Origin: Mytilus californianus
Taxonomy: Eukaryota
NCBI RefSeq assembly: GCF_021869535.1
Contig: NW_026262673.1
Location: forward strand, 3,038,001-3,102,000
DNA length: 64,000 nucleotides
Reading direction: 5' to 3'
Shown here one piece after another: positions 63,692-64,000 of the stretch (the stretch's first letter is position 1; each line of letters begins with the position of its first letter). The notes under the pieces were generated by a model. The model was not told where the DNA came from and ran no database searches. It saw only the letters and a list, made by a program, of their open reading frames with translations. Position numbers and translations under genes: made by a program.

Positions 63692-63779
63692 AAAATATCT
63701 GCTTTAGTAAGAGTATGATGGTCTTCGTGAATACGTGGAAATATATTGCTCATATCAGTATTTTCTGGTTCTCCACAGT
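63669..63779 (-). CDS. Candidate internal coding exon of an unidentified minus-strand gene (starts DCGEP, possibly Sushi/CCP-like)
   Basis: Minus strand: TATATTTTAG/AC TGT GGA GAA CCA... encoding (D)CGEPENTDMSNIFPRIHEDHHTLTKADIFLARATKY(G), then /GTAATT; 111 nt, phase 1-1, non-repetitive sequence between two tandem arrays. No homology could be checked. Confidence 0.4.
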
Positions 63780-63782
63780 CTA

Positions 63783-63890
63783 AAATATATACACTGCATA
63801 AAAAGAGCAATAATATACACTGCATATAAACAACAATAATATACACTGCATATAAACAACAATAATATACACTGCATATCAATAACAACT
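63783..63890. repeat. ~27-bp tandem repeat (about 4 copies) next to the candidate exon acceptor
   Basis: AATATACACTGCATATAAACAACAAT repeated. Confidence 0.8.
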
Positions 63891-64000
63891 ATCACTGTAT
63901 ATATATATATAAAAAAAACAATAAGATGTGATCTGAATACCAATGAGACAACTATACACCAGAATCCAAGTGGTTGTAGACGTAAGCACCTATAGGTCAC

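Overview
AT-rich eukaryotic genomic DNA with GT-AG introns and no prokaryotic features. It is most likely a bivalve mollusc (Mytilus-like), inferred from the repeat families and a TRIM/NHL-type gene end; this was not database-checked. The main content is a head-to-tail + strand array of seven paralogous three-exon genes (about 6.4-57.4 kb), which I reconstructed by hand. Each has a ~870-nt exon (signal peptide, PxGC..YxC cap, irregular leucine-rich repeats, first three LRRCT cysteines), a 57-66 nt phase-1 cysteine micro-exon, and a last exon with one transmembrane helix and a paralog-specific cytoplasmic tail with no TIR or other recognisable domain. All seven spliced models are in frame (389-518 aa). 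Several tails have grown by internal tandem duplication, and paralog 7 has a nonsense codon inside one duplicated unit. Other features: the 3' end of an NHL-repeat gene (1-235); a canonical minimal hammerhead ribozyme (806-849); a variant hammerhead in an insertion flanked by a 31-bp direct repeat (46.0-46.4 kb); three minisatellites that each span an exon/splice-donor junction, one on a candidate minus-strand exon at 63.7 kb; long palindromic elements with C-GNA-G apices; tRNA-derived SINEs; a nested Helentron/pearl-like element; a LINE RT remnant; and many tandem arrays that explain most of the long ORFs in the six-frame track. No rRNA, tRNA gene or CRISPR array was found.
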